From positions 160,711 to 224,710 of the forward strand of contig JAZKCO010000001.1 in the NCBI GenBank assembly GCA_040388055.1: 64,000 nt of DNA. Direction: 5' to 3'. Positions 1 through 9,435 of this stretch are shown piece after piece (position 1 is the first letter of the stretch; every line of letters begins with the position of its first letter). Both the position numbers and the translations under genes were made by a program. This stretch comes from Bacteroidota bacterium (GTDB taxonomy: Bacteria > Bacteroidota > Bacteroidia > Sphingobacteriales > Sphingobacteriaceae). The notes beneath the pieces were generated by a model, which was given only the letters and a program-made list of their open reading frames with translations, was not told the DNA's origin and made no database searches.

Positions 1-950
1 AGAACCTAACCTGGGAGAATTCTAAACAGCTGGATATTGGTATGAATGCTTCATTTTTTAACAGCAGAATAAATGTTGGATTTGATTATTATAAAAAGAG
101 AACAGAGAATTTGCTTTTTAGTATCGATATCCCCTCTACTTCAGGTTATGGAAGCGGTAAAGTCTTATTCAATACTGGGTCTTTATATAACAGAGGAATC
201 GAAGCCGACCTGTCTGCCGCCATTTTTACCAAAGAATTTAAATGGAATGTTATTGCCAATTTTTCAAAAAATAAATCCATTTTAACTTCCCTTGGCGAAT
301 CACCTGGAACAACAACCTTATTTGTTGGCCGTACCCCTGGTGCGAAACTTGGACAAACCTATTTAGGTATTTTCCATAATCAGCAAGAAATTACAGATTA
401 TGGTATTCAGCCGAGTGCAAAGCCTGGCGACATGAAGTTTGCAGATATAAATGGTGATGGAAAATTTACCGGCGCGGATCAGCTTCCAATTGGTTCACCC
501 ATACCAAAATATATTTTTGGCCTTACCAATACCTTTAATTACAAAAGATTTGAATTAACACTTTTTGTAGAATCTTCTGTTGGCCGCAATGGCGATGATA
601 TTGATTTATTAAATGATCCGGTAGACCTTACCAGTAACAAATACCGGAAGTTTATAAACATTTGGACACCTGGGAATACCGAAAACGCAACAGTACCTGG
701 GCCTGGAGTTAGTAATTATTCTTATTCTACATTTGATCTGGTTAACCGTAGTTATTATAAATTGCGTAACGCAAGATTAAGTTACTCGTTTTCTCCAAAG
801 CTGACAAAATTTGCAAGATCGGCATCACTCTATCTTTCTGGCCAAAATTTAATTACTATATCCAAGTATCCGGGATTTGATCCCGAAACGGGTAGCGTTG
901 GTTATCCTACTACAAGAACATTTGTACTAGGAGTAAATGTTGGATTTTAA
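1..950 (+). CDS. susC: SusC/RagA TonB-dependent outer-membrane receptor, C-terminal part (5' end outside window)
   Basis: Frame is open from nt 3 (NLTWENSKQLDIG, SusC 'LxWE' motif). It also has KFADINGDGK and YPGFDPE and ends in YPTTRTFVLGVNVGF with a terminal Phe. A SusD follows. The ORF-track start at 42 is an internal Met. Confidence 0.93.
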   Translation, partial: NLTWENSKQLDIGMNASFFNSRINVGFDYYKKRTENLLFSIDIPSTSGYGSGKVLFNTGSLYNRGIEADLSAAIFTKEFKWNVIANFSKNKSILTSLGESPGTTTLFVGRTPGAKLGQTYLGIFHNQQEITDYGIQPSAKPGDMKFADINGDGKFTGADQLPIGSPIPKYIFGLTNTFNYKRFELTLFVESSVGRNGDDIDLLNDPVDLTSNKYRKFINIWTPGNTENATVPGPGVSNYSYSTFDLVNRSYYKLRNARLSYSFSPKLTKFARSASLYLSGQNLITISKYPGFDPETGSVGYPTTRTFVLGVNVGF

Positions 951-967
951 TTATTAACTCTATTAAA

Positions 968-2452
968 ATGAAAAAAATAACTTGTTTCTCTCTGCTTATG
1001 TTGTGCATGACTTGTTTTTCGTGCAAAAAAATTATAGAAGAAAAACCCTACAGTTTTTTGTCGCCCGAAAATTATTTCGAAAATGGTAACGATGCTTATT
1101 CGGCACTGATAGGTGCCTATAGTGGCTTAGGCGAAAACTCGTATTATTCGAGATTTATGTTCTTAATTCCAACACTGGTTTCAGATGAAAGTGCTAACAT
1201 AACCGGCGATGCAGCATCAAAGCAACAGGATGGCCTTAGTTATTCTTCTACATTAAGCTCATTTCTTACGCTCTGGCGTGCTATTTATGTAGATATTATG
1301 CGAACTAATGTTGTAATTGCCAGATTGCCTGATATTAAAATGGACGAGAAATTAAAACAGCAATACATTGCGGAAGCTAAATTTCTTAGGGCTTTAAACT
1401 ATTTTAACCTGGTTAGATTTTGGGGTGAAGTTCCATTGATGAAAAATGAAATCTTCAAAATGGAAGAGGTATATGTAGAAAAATCGCCCATCAATAATAT
1501 TTATAATTTCATAATCCAGGACCTGAAGGATGCAGCAATGGAATTGCCAAATAAAAACCTAAATGGAAGAGCCGGAAAAGGTTCTGCGCTCGCCCTGCTG
1601 GCTAAAGTTTATTTAACACGGGCATCTTCTACTGTAGCAGAACAAAGCGATTACCAGGATTGCGCATCATTGTGTAAGCAAGTAATTGCACTGCCTGAAT
1701 TTCATTTGATGGCTGATTTTCAAAAAGTCGTAGGTGCTGAGAATGAATTCAGTGCCGAATCTTTGTTCGAATGGAATGCCGACAGAGAAACAGGTGGTGG
1801 TTTTAGTAGTGTCGGGCAATTTGCACTACCAAGTGGGGTATTTGGGTTAGTTCCCGAAAATGCAACTGGCGAGAGTTATTTTGGTGCCGAAAGAACCTTT
1901 TATAATTCTTTTAATGCCAAAGATTATAGAAAAGAATCTACCTTTATTAATAGTGTAACGGATGCTAACGGAAATGTAATCAAATATACCAGCTGGCAAT
2001 TTCCATACCCAAGTCCGGCACCTAAATTCATTAATAAAACCTCTACAACCCGCTCGGGGTATGCTTTTAGCGCAAACTTTATTGTGCTTCGCTTGGCAGA
2101 TGTGTATTTAATGCGTGCCGAGGCACTGAACGAAATTGGCGGACCGGCAACTGAAGATGCTTATGACCTTATTAATGCGATTAGGGCCAGGGCGAGAAAT
2201 CGTAATGGAAATCCGGTCGCTACTTTCCCCGCAAATCTTTCGGGGCTAAATAAAGATACTTTTCGTGATGCGGTGCTCGACGAAAGAAAGGTAGAATTGG
2301 CGTATGAAGGGCATAGGTGGTTCGATTTGATAAGAACAAAACGATTAGTCGGTACAATTTCGAGCGCTAAAACAAAGCATTACTTATTTCCAATACCCAA
2401 TACCGAAATTCTTTTATCCAAAGGGAAACTTACTCAAAATGCCGATTGGTAA
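968..2452 (+). CDS. susD: SusD/RagB nutrient-binding lipoprotein
   Basis: Lipoprotein signal ending FSC-KK; SusD motifs AEAKFLRALNYFNLVRFWG, LRLADVYLMRAEA and ERKVELAYEGHRWFDLIR. Confidence 0.95.
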   Translation: MKKITCFSLLMLCMTCFSCKKIIEEKPYSFLSPENYFENGNDAYSALIGAYSGLGENSYYSRFMFLIPTLVSDESANITGDAASKQQDGLSYSSTLSSFLTLWRAIYVDIMRTNVVIARLPDIKMDEKLKQQYIAEAKFLRALNYFNLVRFWGEVPLMKNEIFKMEEVYVEKSPINNIYNFIIQDLKDAAMELPNKNLNGRAGKGSALALLAKVYLTRASSTVAEQSDYQDCASLCKQVIALPEFHLMADFQKVVGAENEFSAESLFEWNADRETGGGFSSVGQFALPSGVFGLVPENATGESYFGAERTFYNSFNAKDYRKESTFINSVTDANGNVIKYTSWQFPYPSPAPKFINKTSTTRSGYAFSANFIVLRLADVYLMRAEALNEIGGPATEDAYDLINAIRARARNRNGNPVATFPANLSGLNKDTFRDAVLDERKVELAYEGHRWFDLIRTKRLVGTISSAKTKHYLFPIPNTEILLSKGKLTQNADW

Positions 2453-2473
2453 CCTTTTGGAAAATTATATTTT

Positions 2474-3571
2474 ATGAGGAGACTATTGATTTATTGTTTA
2501 TTTGTTCTAGTATTAAACAGCCATATTGTTTATGCTCAAGTTCTTTTTGAAGAGAACACGGTATGGGCATTAGAGGCTGATGCTGGAATAGCTGAACACT
2601 TTGTTTACGGATTGGAGGTAGGCAATAACGGTGTAATTTTGGCCTTTTCGGAAGGACGTATCCGTGCTAACGATACCAGCCCGCATCATATTGTATTAAA
2701 ACGAAGCCTCGACAAAGGAAAGACCTGGCTGCCTTCTCAAATATTGGCCCAGAGTAACAATAACGAATGTTATGCTAACCCAACGCCGGTGAAAGATCCG
2801 GCCACCGGAAATATCACGCTTTTCTATGCACTAAATCTTAATAACGAACGTACAAAAGTCTTTTTCATCATAAGTAAAGATGAAGGATTAACCTGGAGTA
2901 AACCTCTTGAAATTACAGCACTTTTTAATTCAGATCCTCTCCTCAGACCATTTCATCTTCCTGGGCCAGGGCATGGAATTGCATTAAAGAATGGCCGATT
3001 AATCGTACAGGTATGGCATCGATTTTCTGTTAAATTACCTTTAGAGGAAAGAAGGTATGGCGTTTCTGTAATCTATAGCGACGATCAGGGGAAATCCTGG
3101 AAAGCCGGAGGGTATATGCCTTATAATAATTTATATCCGGCAAACGAATCGAGAATAGTAGAAACCAGCGATGGAAAAATAATATTAAATGGTCGCTATG
3201 CTACAGGAAAAGGGAACCAGTATCGTATTCTGACTTATAGTAACGATAATGGCTTAAACTGGTCGGAAGGAACTTATAGTTCATTCAGTACATTTACGCC
3301 TGTAGATGCCGGACTGAATAAGCTTACTATTGGCAGAAAGACTTACCAACTTTTTAGTTATCCTGCCGGACCTGGTAGAAACAACCTCATGATAAGTATA
3401 AGTGAAGATGAGGGGAAGACATGGCTAAAAAGCAAACTCATTGCCAAAGGACCTGTAAATTACTCAGATATAGCCATCCTTCCTGATCAGACAATTCTCG
3501 TTTTATATGGGAAAGGTAACCCTAAATATGTAGTAAATGCCAGATTTAATTTGGAATGGATTCTGAAATAA
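2474..3571 (+). CDS. GH33/BNR-repeat sialidase-fold protein lacking the RIP arginine
   Basis: Signal peptide; Asp boxes SLDKGKTW, SKDEGLTW, SDDQGKSW, SNDNGLNW, SEDEGKTW; PGPG, NE, NGR, GRNNL and NYSD motifs present; HFVYG where (Y/F)RIP is expected. Confidence 0.85.
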   Translation: MRRLLIYCLFVLVLNSHIVYAQVLFEENTVWALEADAGIAEHFVYGLEVGNNGVILAFSEGRIRANDTSPHHIVLKRSLDKGKTWLPSQILAQSNNNECYANPTPVKDPATGNITLFYALNLNNERTKVFFIISKDEGLTWSKPLEITALFNSDPLLRPFHLPGPGHGIALKNGRLIVQVWHRFSVKLPLEERRYGVSVIYSDDQGKSWKAGGYMPYNNLYPANESRIVETSDGKIILNGRYATGKGNQYRILTYSNDNGLNWSEGTYSSFSTFTPVDAGLNKLTIGRKTYQLFSYPAGPGRNNLMISISEDEGKTWLKSKLIAKGPVNYSDIAILPDQTILVLYGKGNPKYVVNARFNLEWILK

Positions 3572-3588
3572 TTTATTAAATAATAGAT

Positions 3589-6171
3589 ATGTTGAGATAT
3601 TTCGTAACCTGTTTTTTTGCATGCTTGTTTTTCAATATGGCTGCTGTAAATGCCCAAAGCGATGCGAATTGGTTCGTTTGGAAAGTACAAAAGAAATTGC
3701 CGGCTAAAAATGGATTGAGCGGAACAATTACCGGTATAAGTAATGGGGCACTTATTGTAGCTGGGGGAAATAATTTTGATAAACGCATCCAGGAAGGAGG
3801 AAAGAAACACATTTATAATGATATATATGTTTGCATAGATCCGGCCGCAGACAGTTTAGTTTGGATCAATGCCGGGAAATTGCCTTATCCCGTGGTCGAT
3901 GCTGCTACTGTATCCTTTAATAATCGATTATTGGTAATTGGTGGCTCGAATGGCAAAAAACCATACCGAAATGTGATCAGTTTAACCTGGAATAGAGACA
4001 CAAAAAAAGTTGATATTAATACAAACTATCCCAAGCTTCCTCAGGCACGTTCGGGGCTCTCTGCGATCATAACAAAAGAAAATAAGCTATATATTGCCGG
4101 AGGGAAATCTGCTGAAGATGCTCCGGGGAATAATTTTTGGTCATCAACATTAAATGCTAGCGGCGAAAAATTATCGACTTGGCAACAACTGCCAGATCTT
4201 CCCGGCGAAGGACGTTTTGGTGCGGCCTTGATCGCTCAGAATGATGGAGAATTTAATAGTATTTATCTTGCTGGTGGAAAATCGACCTCCACTTATTTAA
4301 CTGATGCCTATAAATTTACACCACATTACGGCGAGGTTAGTGTATGGACAAAAATAAAAGACTTGCCAAGACCAGCATTTTTTGCATCAGCAATGGCATA
4401 CGGTCAAAGTCATGCGCTTTTGTTTGGGGGTTCTGTTGGCCCTAGTGCTGAAGCTGCAATTGCTTTGGGAGACAAATATAAAATGGCCGACGATATTCTC
4501 GCTTACCATACCATTACCGATACCTGGATTACTGCCGGCTATTTGCCGCACGGCATTGCTGGTGCAACGGTTATCCAGGATAACGATAGAATAGAACTTA
4601 TAGGTGGTGAATTAAGACCCGGAGTAAAATCTGATTTGATAATGTCTGGCAAACCAGTTATTGCCATTCAGAAGAGCAAGTTTGGGATAATTGACTATGC
4701 TACGGTAATTATATACCTTATTATTCTTGCAGGAATTAGCTTCTATTTTTCAAGAAATAAAAACACCACAGATGATTATTTACGTGGCGGTCAGCGCATT
4801 CCTTATTGGGCAGCAGGGATTAGTGTAATGGCAACACAGGTTAGTGCAATTGGATTTATGAGTATTCCGGCAAAATCGTATGCTACAAACTGGAGCTATT
4901 TTGCGGGAGTTTGGACCTGGTTTCTTGTTGTGCCTATTGTAACCTGGGCATTTATTCCTTTCTTTCGAAAGCTCGACGTTACCAGTGCTTACGAATATTT
5001 AGAAAGGCGTTTTGATAAATGGACCCGTTTATTTTCTGGGGTAATCTACTGTTTATATCAGCTTGGCAGAATGGGTTTGGTTATTTATCTGCCTGCTGTG
5101 GCATTATCTGCTGTTTCACCAATCGACACCTTTACCTGTATATTAATTATGGGTGTTTTAAGCACACTGTACACTATTGTTGGTGGAATTGAAGCGGTAA
5201 TATGGATTGAAGTTATACAAGCAGGGCTACTCATGGGCGGTGCTATTATCTGTGTAATACTTGCAGTAATCGGTATCGATGGGGGGGTGTCAGAATTTGT
5301 AGATGTAGCGGTAACCCATAATAAATTTAGCTTTGGATCTCTGAATCTCGATTTTACTTCTTCAGCATTAGGAGTTATCCTTATCGGCAACATATTTAAC
5401 AGGTTTGGTAATTTAATTTCAGACCAGGCTATCGTACAACGTTACATGACCACTAAAAATGTAAAAGAAGCAAAAAAATCGCTATGGATTGACGTGGCTG
5501 TATCTGTACCCTGGGCCATTGTTATTTATTTACTTGGAACAGCGCTATATGTTTTTTATAAATCTAATCCTCAAATGCTCAATCCTGTAACTCCTACAGA
5601 TGGGATTTTACCACAATTTATTGCACAAAGAGCACCATCTGGATTAAGCGGGCTTATTATTGCTGCAATTTTTGCGGCATCGATGTCGACAGTTGAAAGC
5701 CATATTCACAGTCTCGCAACCATATTTACCACCGATTTTTACGCAAGATTTGCAAAATCAGTTACCGAAAAAAAGAAGCTAAATTTTGCCAGATGGACTA
5801 CAGGTATTTTAGGCCTGGTAGCTACATTGTTAGCTTTATTACTGCTTACGGTTGATATTAAATCTATTCTCGATGTATTTACAGAGCTTACAGGTTTATT
5901 TATCGGCGCTGCTGGCGGTTTGTTCCTTTTAGGCATTTTTACCGAAAAGACAAATAGCACTGGTGCGTTAATAGGCGCTGTTGCAAGTTGTCTCCTCCTT
6001 TACTTTATCCAGACACAAACACATATTAATTTTTGGCTCTACAGCGCGGTAGGTTTTGCCAGTTGCTTTATTGTCGGCTATTTAAGCAGTTTCATGCTGA
6101 AAGGACGCCGGCAACTGCAGGGGCTTACCATTTATACATTAAACGAAAAGATATTTAATAAAGAAAAATAG
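3589..6171 (+). CDS. Fusion of a Kelch-repeat NanM-like mutarotase (about aa 25-360) and a sodium:solute symporter (SiaT-like, about aa 365-860)
   Basis: Signal peptide, then Kelch repeats (LIVAGG, LLVIGG, LYIAGG, IYLAGG, GGELRPG). SSS motifs follow: DYLRGG, FMSIPAKSY, SAYEYLERRF, YTIVGGIEAVIW, DQAIVQRY, GLIIAAIFAASMST. One continuous frame. Confidence 0.9.
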   Translation: MLRYFVTCFFACLFFNMAAVNAQSDANWFVWKVQKKLPAKNGLSGTITGISNGALIVAGGNNFDKRIQEGGKKHIYNDIYVCIDPAADSLVWINAGKLPYPVVDAATVSFNNRLLVIGGSNGKKPYRNVISLTWNRDTKKVDINTNYPKLPQARSGLSAIITKENKLYIAGGKSAEDAPGNNFWSSTLNASGEKLSTWQQLPDLPGEGRFGAALIAQNDGEFNSIYLAGGKSTSTYLTDAYKFTPHYGEVSVWTKIKDLPRPAFFASAMAYGQSHALLFGGSVGPSAEAAIALGDKYKMADDILAYHTITDTWITAGYLPHGIAGATVIQDNDRIELIGGELRPGVKSDLIMSGKPVIAIQKSKFGIIDYATVIIYLIILAGISFYFSRNKNTTDDYLRGGQRIPYWAAGISVMATQVSAIGFMSIPAKSYATNWSYFAGVWTWFLVVPIVTWAFIPFFRKLDVTSAYEYLERRFDKWTRLFSGVIYCLYQLGRMGLVIYLPAVALSAVSPIDTFTCILIMGVLSTLYTIVGGIEAVIWIEVIQAGLLMGGAIICVILAVIGIDGGVSEFVDVAVTHNKFSFGSLNLDFTSSALGVILIGNIFNRFGNLISDQAIVQRYMTTKNVKEAKKSLWIDVAVSVPWAIVIYLLGTALYVFYKSNPQMLNPVTPTDGILPQFIAQRAPSGLSGLIIAAIFAASMSTVESHIHSLATIFTTDFYARFAKSVTEKKKLNFARWTTGILGLVATLLALLLLTVDIKSILDVFTELTGLFIGAAGGLFLLGIFTEKTNSTGALIGAVASCLLLYFIQTQTHINFWLYSAVGFASCFIVGYLSSFMLKGRRQLQGLTIYTLNEKIFNKEK

Positions 6172-6177
6172 AGATAT

Positions 6178-7107
6178 ATGAATAAAGTTATTGCATTAGA
6201 TAGCGGCTTAAGTAAGTTCCGGCCCCTGGATAAAATTATCTGTTATGATGATTTTGATAAAGGAATGAACGGGTGGCTGGACCTGCATCCAAATTATGTA
6301 GGTAAGGATTTTAATACGCTTCGCTATAGCCATGTAGATAAAACACAATGGGGACCAATTATGCTCAGTTCGGCAAGTTTCAGGCTTGTGGGCACGCATG
6401 GTTCTATGGATGGGACCTATTCGCTAAAACTTGCTACCAGGCCTGCAGCAAATTCATATACCGAAGCACCTGCCCCAGGCAGCCTCTCGCATGGAATTAA
6501 AAGGCTTACTACCCATTTACCTAAAGGACAACGACAATTTGAAATGTGGTATGCTTATACACCCGAACAAGACAGGCAGGGTTTAAGCGAACAGGCTATG
6601 CGGGCATTTGGATGTTTTTTTGACATTCAGGATGATGATTACAGGTATTTTATTGGAGCTCGTTACTTAAATGCCGTAAACGGCGAAATGGTTAGAAAAT
6701 GGCAGATTTTTCAAGCAAAAGATACCAGCGATTTAGAATGGGCCTATGGTATTGAAGACGATTGGTGTAAGCATGGAATTGATGCAATGTGGTATGGCGA
6801 ACGTTATAATGACGGTTCGACCGACGGTTTCGCCTGGATCCCAGATGGTTATCAGGATCTTTGTTACAATGAAAGCGATGATAAAATTAATTGGGGATAC
6901 CTGCGGTTGCTGATAGATACAGAAAAAAGAGAATATGTAGAACTTCAATCAGGAAGTAAAACCTTCGATTTAAGAGGGATAAAACCTACCCTTACGGCCC
7001 CTTATGCCAGAATTAAAGGCTTATTTAACCCTAGTATCTGGGTCGAAAATGACACCGACAGGCGTGTGTTTTTGTTTGTTGATTCAATTGTAATTTCAGG
7101 AGAATGA
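6178..7107 (+). CDS. Uncharacterised cytoplasmic protein, DUF6772-like
   Basis: 309-aa ORF inside the operon, no signal peptide. Motifs YDDFDxGxNGW, GTHGSMDGTYSLKLATRP and RVFLFVDSIVIS resemble the DUF6772 family as I recall it (not searched). Confidence 0.7.
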   Translation: MNKVIALDSGLSKFRPLDKIICYDDFDKGMNGWLDLHPNYVGKDFNTLRYSHVDKTQWGPIMLSSASFRLVGTHGSMDGTYSLKLATRPAANSYTEAPAPGSLSHGIKRLTTHLPKGQRQFEMWYAYTPEQDRQGLSEQAMRAFGCFFDIQDDDYRYFIGARYLNAVNGEMVRKWQIFQAKDTSDLEWAYGIEDDWCKHGIDAMWYGERYNDGSTDGFAWIPDGYQDLCYNESDDKINWGYLRLLIDTEKREYVELQSGSKTFDLRGIKPTLTAPYARIKGLFNPSIWVENDTDRRVFLFVDSIVISGE

Positions 7108-7442
7108 GACATTTTTATGCATCGGCCGTAGAGCGCCGGATTACAAAGAGCGGTATCATCCAATCTTACCCTATGGAAGCTGGTTGGGCTTCGGAAGCTA
7201 TTTTTTTTGTAAATGTTGAGAATATAGTGGGCAAAGGTGCGCGATTAACTGCATCTGTTCAGATTTCTCCTGATGGTATAAATTGGATAGATGAAGGAAC
7301 AATTTTTCCGGTTATCGAAAAGGAAGGACATTATTACGTGAAGGTTAATCATTTTGGAAATTGGCTCAGAATAAATGCACAGATGGAAGGTGGAGCTACG
7401 AATACAATAACACTTTCAGTCCATCTACATTTAAAATCATAG
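7104..7442 (+). CDS. Small uncharacterised beta-rich cytoplasmic protein
   Basis: 112 aa; ATGA overlap (7104-7107) with the upstream gene; motifs EAGWASEAIFF, VQISPDGINWIDEG and HFGNWLR. Confidence 0.8.
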   Translation: MRHFYASAVERRITKSGIIQSYPMEAGWASEAIFFVNVENIVGKGARLTASVQISPDGINWIDEGTIFPVIEKEGHYYVKVNHFGNWLRINAQMEGGATNTITLSVHLHLKS

Positions 7443-7476
7443 AATAGATAATTTCAAAACTTTATATTATACAATT

Positions 7477-9435
7477 ATGCGATCATTTAGCAACCAAATT
7501 ATACTCTTCTTTTTCCTGTTAGTTGGCACTCAACTATGTTTTGCACAAAATAAGGCTGAGTTTACCGTTAAGAATAATTGGGTTGAATCCATTTTTGAAA
7601 TCAAAAATACGGATCAACCAGTTGACAAAAATTTATCCAAACAAAAAGACATCGAATTATGGCAATTCTTGAGGAAGAATTTTAATCGTACAAAAGACCT
7701 GCAAGAAATGAGCTGGGAAGAAAGAGATAAAATATGGGATTTTCAGGATGATAGCTTTTCTTTAAAAAAATTAGGTCAAAATTACATGAAGGCCCTCAAT
7801 GTATCGTATAATGAAAGAGGAATAAAACCTGTTGTCTTTCAAAATGAGTTTAAAACTTTAGCTGATGTTTATAAACTGCGGGAAATTTATCTTCAATCCA
7901 GAGCAAAGGAATATGTTATACTTACTCCAAAACCACTTTTATCCCCTAAAATTAACGGGCCTTCTATTTTTGGAGCGCGTCCCGGGCATCCTATTCTATA
8001 TAAAGTCCCCGTTACAGGTCAGCAACCCCTTAAAATTACCATTTCGGGATTACCCGAAGGCTGCAAATTTAATGAGAAGACGGGCATAATTACAGGGGCA
8101 TTGCAAAATGCCGGAACTTATAAGCTTATCATAAACGCAAGTAATATATATGGAAAGGACTTAAAAACATTTATATTAAAGATAGGTAGTGAAATTTCAT
8201 TAACACCCCCGATGGGTTGGAATAGCTGGAATTGTTTTGCGAGCGATGTAACTGCAAAAGATATTCAGGCTGCAGCCGAATCGATGGTTAGCAGTGGCCT
8301 TGCAAACTACGGATGGAGTTATATTAATATCGACGATTGCTGGATGAACAGGCCTGCCGAAGATGATCCGATTTTCAAAATCAATGATATAATTACAGAA
8401 AAATTTGTATCAAAAGAGAATCTAAGAAAACGACTTAGCAGGATCAGGTTTAATGAAAGTAAACTGGTTGGCAATGTAAGAGATAAAAATGGCAACATTT
8501 TGTCGAATATAGATTTTCCCGACATGAAGGGTTTAACTAATAAAATTCACGACCTGGGACTTAAAACAGGTATTTATATTTCGCCGGGGCATGTAACTTG
8601 TCAAAACTATATTGGAAGCTTGTACCACGAAGAGCAAGATGCCAAACAATTTGCCGAATGGGGTTTTGATTACCTTAAATACGATTGGTGTGGTTATAGT
8701 CAAATTGTTTTCGATAATAAACTCGAAACCTTAAAAAAGCCTTATTTAGTAATGAGAGATGCACTTAACAAGGTAGATCGGGATATTATATATAGTATTT
8801 GTCAATATGGTAAAGGAGAGGTATGGGAATGGGGAAAAGAAGTTGGAGGTAATTTGTGGCGAACCACGAGCGATATTCGCGATACTTGGGAGAGCATTAC
8901 AAAGCTTGGGTTTGGCTCGAATGGCAAAGAAGCTTATGCTGGCCCTGGCCATTGGAATGATCCCGATATGCTGGTTGTTGGATACGTAGGCTGGAGTAAA
9001 AATTTGCGGCCGACCTATCTTTCTCCTAACGAACAATATACCCACGTCTCTTTGTGGAGCTTGTTATCAGCTCCCCTTATTATTGGTGCCGATTTGACCA
9101 AATTAGATGATTTTACATTAGGATTATTATCCAATAGCGAGGTTTTGGCTGTCGATCAGGACATGCTTGGGAAGCAAGCCAAAAAAGTACTGGATTCCAA
9201 CAACATCCAGGTGTGGCAAAAAGAATTGGCAGACGGCTCTTTCGCTATAGGGATATTTAATACTGGAGAAGTGCCGGCTGATTATAAACTCGAACTAAAC
9301 GCGATCAATTTAAAAGGAAATTATACGGTACGTGATCTTTGGTTGCAGAAAGATTTAAAAGAAAATGTTTCTCAATTTAGTTCGACCATTAACAGGCATG
9401 GGGTAAAATTATTGAAATTAACTCCGGTATTATGA
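7477..9435 (+). CDS. GH27 alpha-galactosidase-family glycosidase with putative Ig domain and N-terminal extension
   Basis: TPPMGWNSWN, NIDDCW, LKYDWC (nucleophile), WRTTSDI (acid/base), GHWNDPDML; He_PIG-like LPEGCKFNEKTGIITG; signal peptide. Confidence 0.92.
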   Translation: MRSFSNQIILFFFLLVGTQLCFAQNKAEFTVKNNWVESIFEIKNTDQPVDKNLSKQKDIELWQFLRKNFNRTKDLQEMSWEERDKIWDFQDDSFSLKKLGQNYMKALNVSYNERGIKPVVFQNEFKTLADVYKLREIYLQSRAKEYVILTPKPLLSPKINGPSIFGARPGHPILYKVPVTGQQPLKITISGLPEGCKFNEKTGIITGALQNAGTYKLIINASNIYGKDLKTFILKIGSEISLTPPMGWNSWNCFASDVTAKDIQAAAESMVSSGLANYGWSYINIDDCWMNRPAEDDPIFKINDIITEKFVSKENLRKRLSRIRFNESKLVGNVRDKNGNILSNIDFPDMKGLTNKIHDLGLKTGIYISPGHVTCQNYIGSLYHEEQDAKQFAEWGFDYLKYDWCGYSQIVFDNKLETLKKPYLVMRDALNKVDRDIIYSICQYGKGEVWEWGKEVGGNLWRTTSDIRDTWESITKLGFGSNGKEAYAGPGHWNDPDMLVVGYVGWSKNLRPTYLSPNEQYTHVSLWSLLSAPLIIGADLTKLDDFTLGLLSNSEVLAVDQDMLGKQAKKVLDSNNIQVWQKELADGSFAIGIFNTGEVPADYKLELNAINLKGNYTVRDLWLQKDLKENVSQFSSTINRHGVKLLKLTPVL

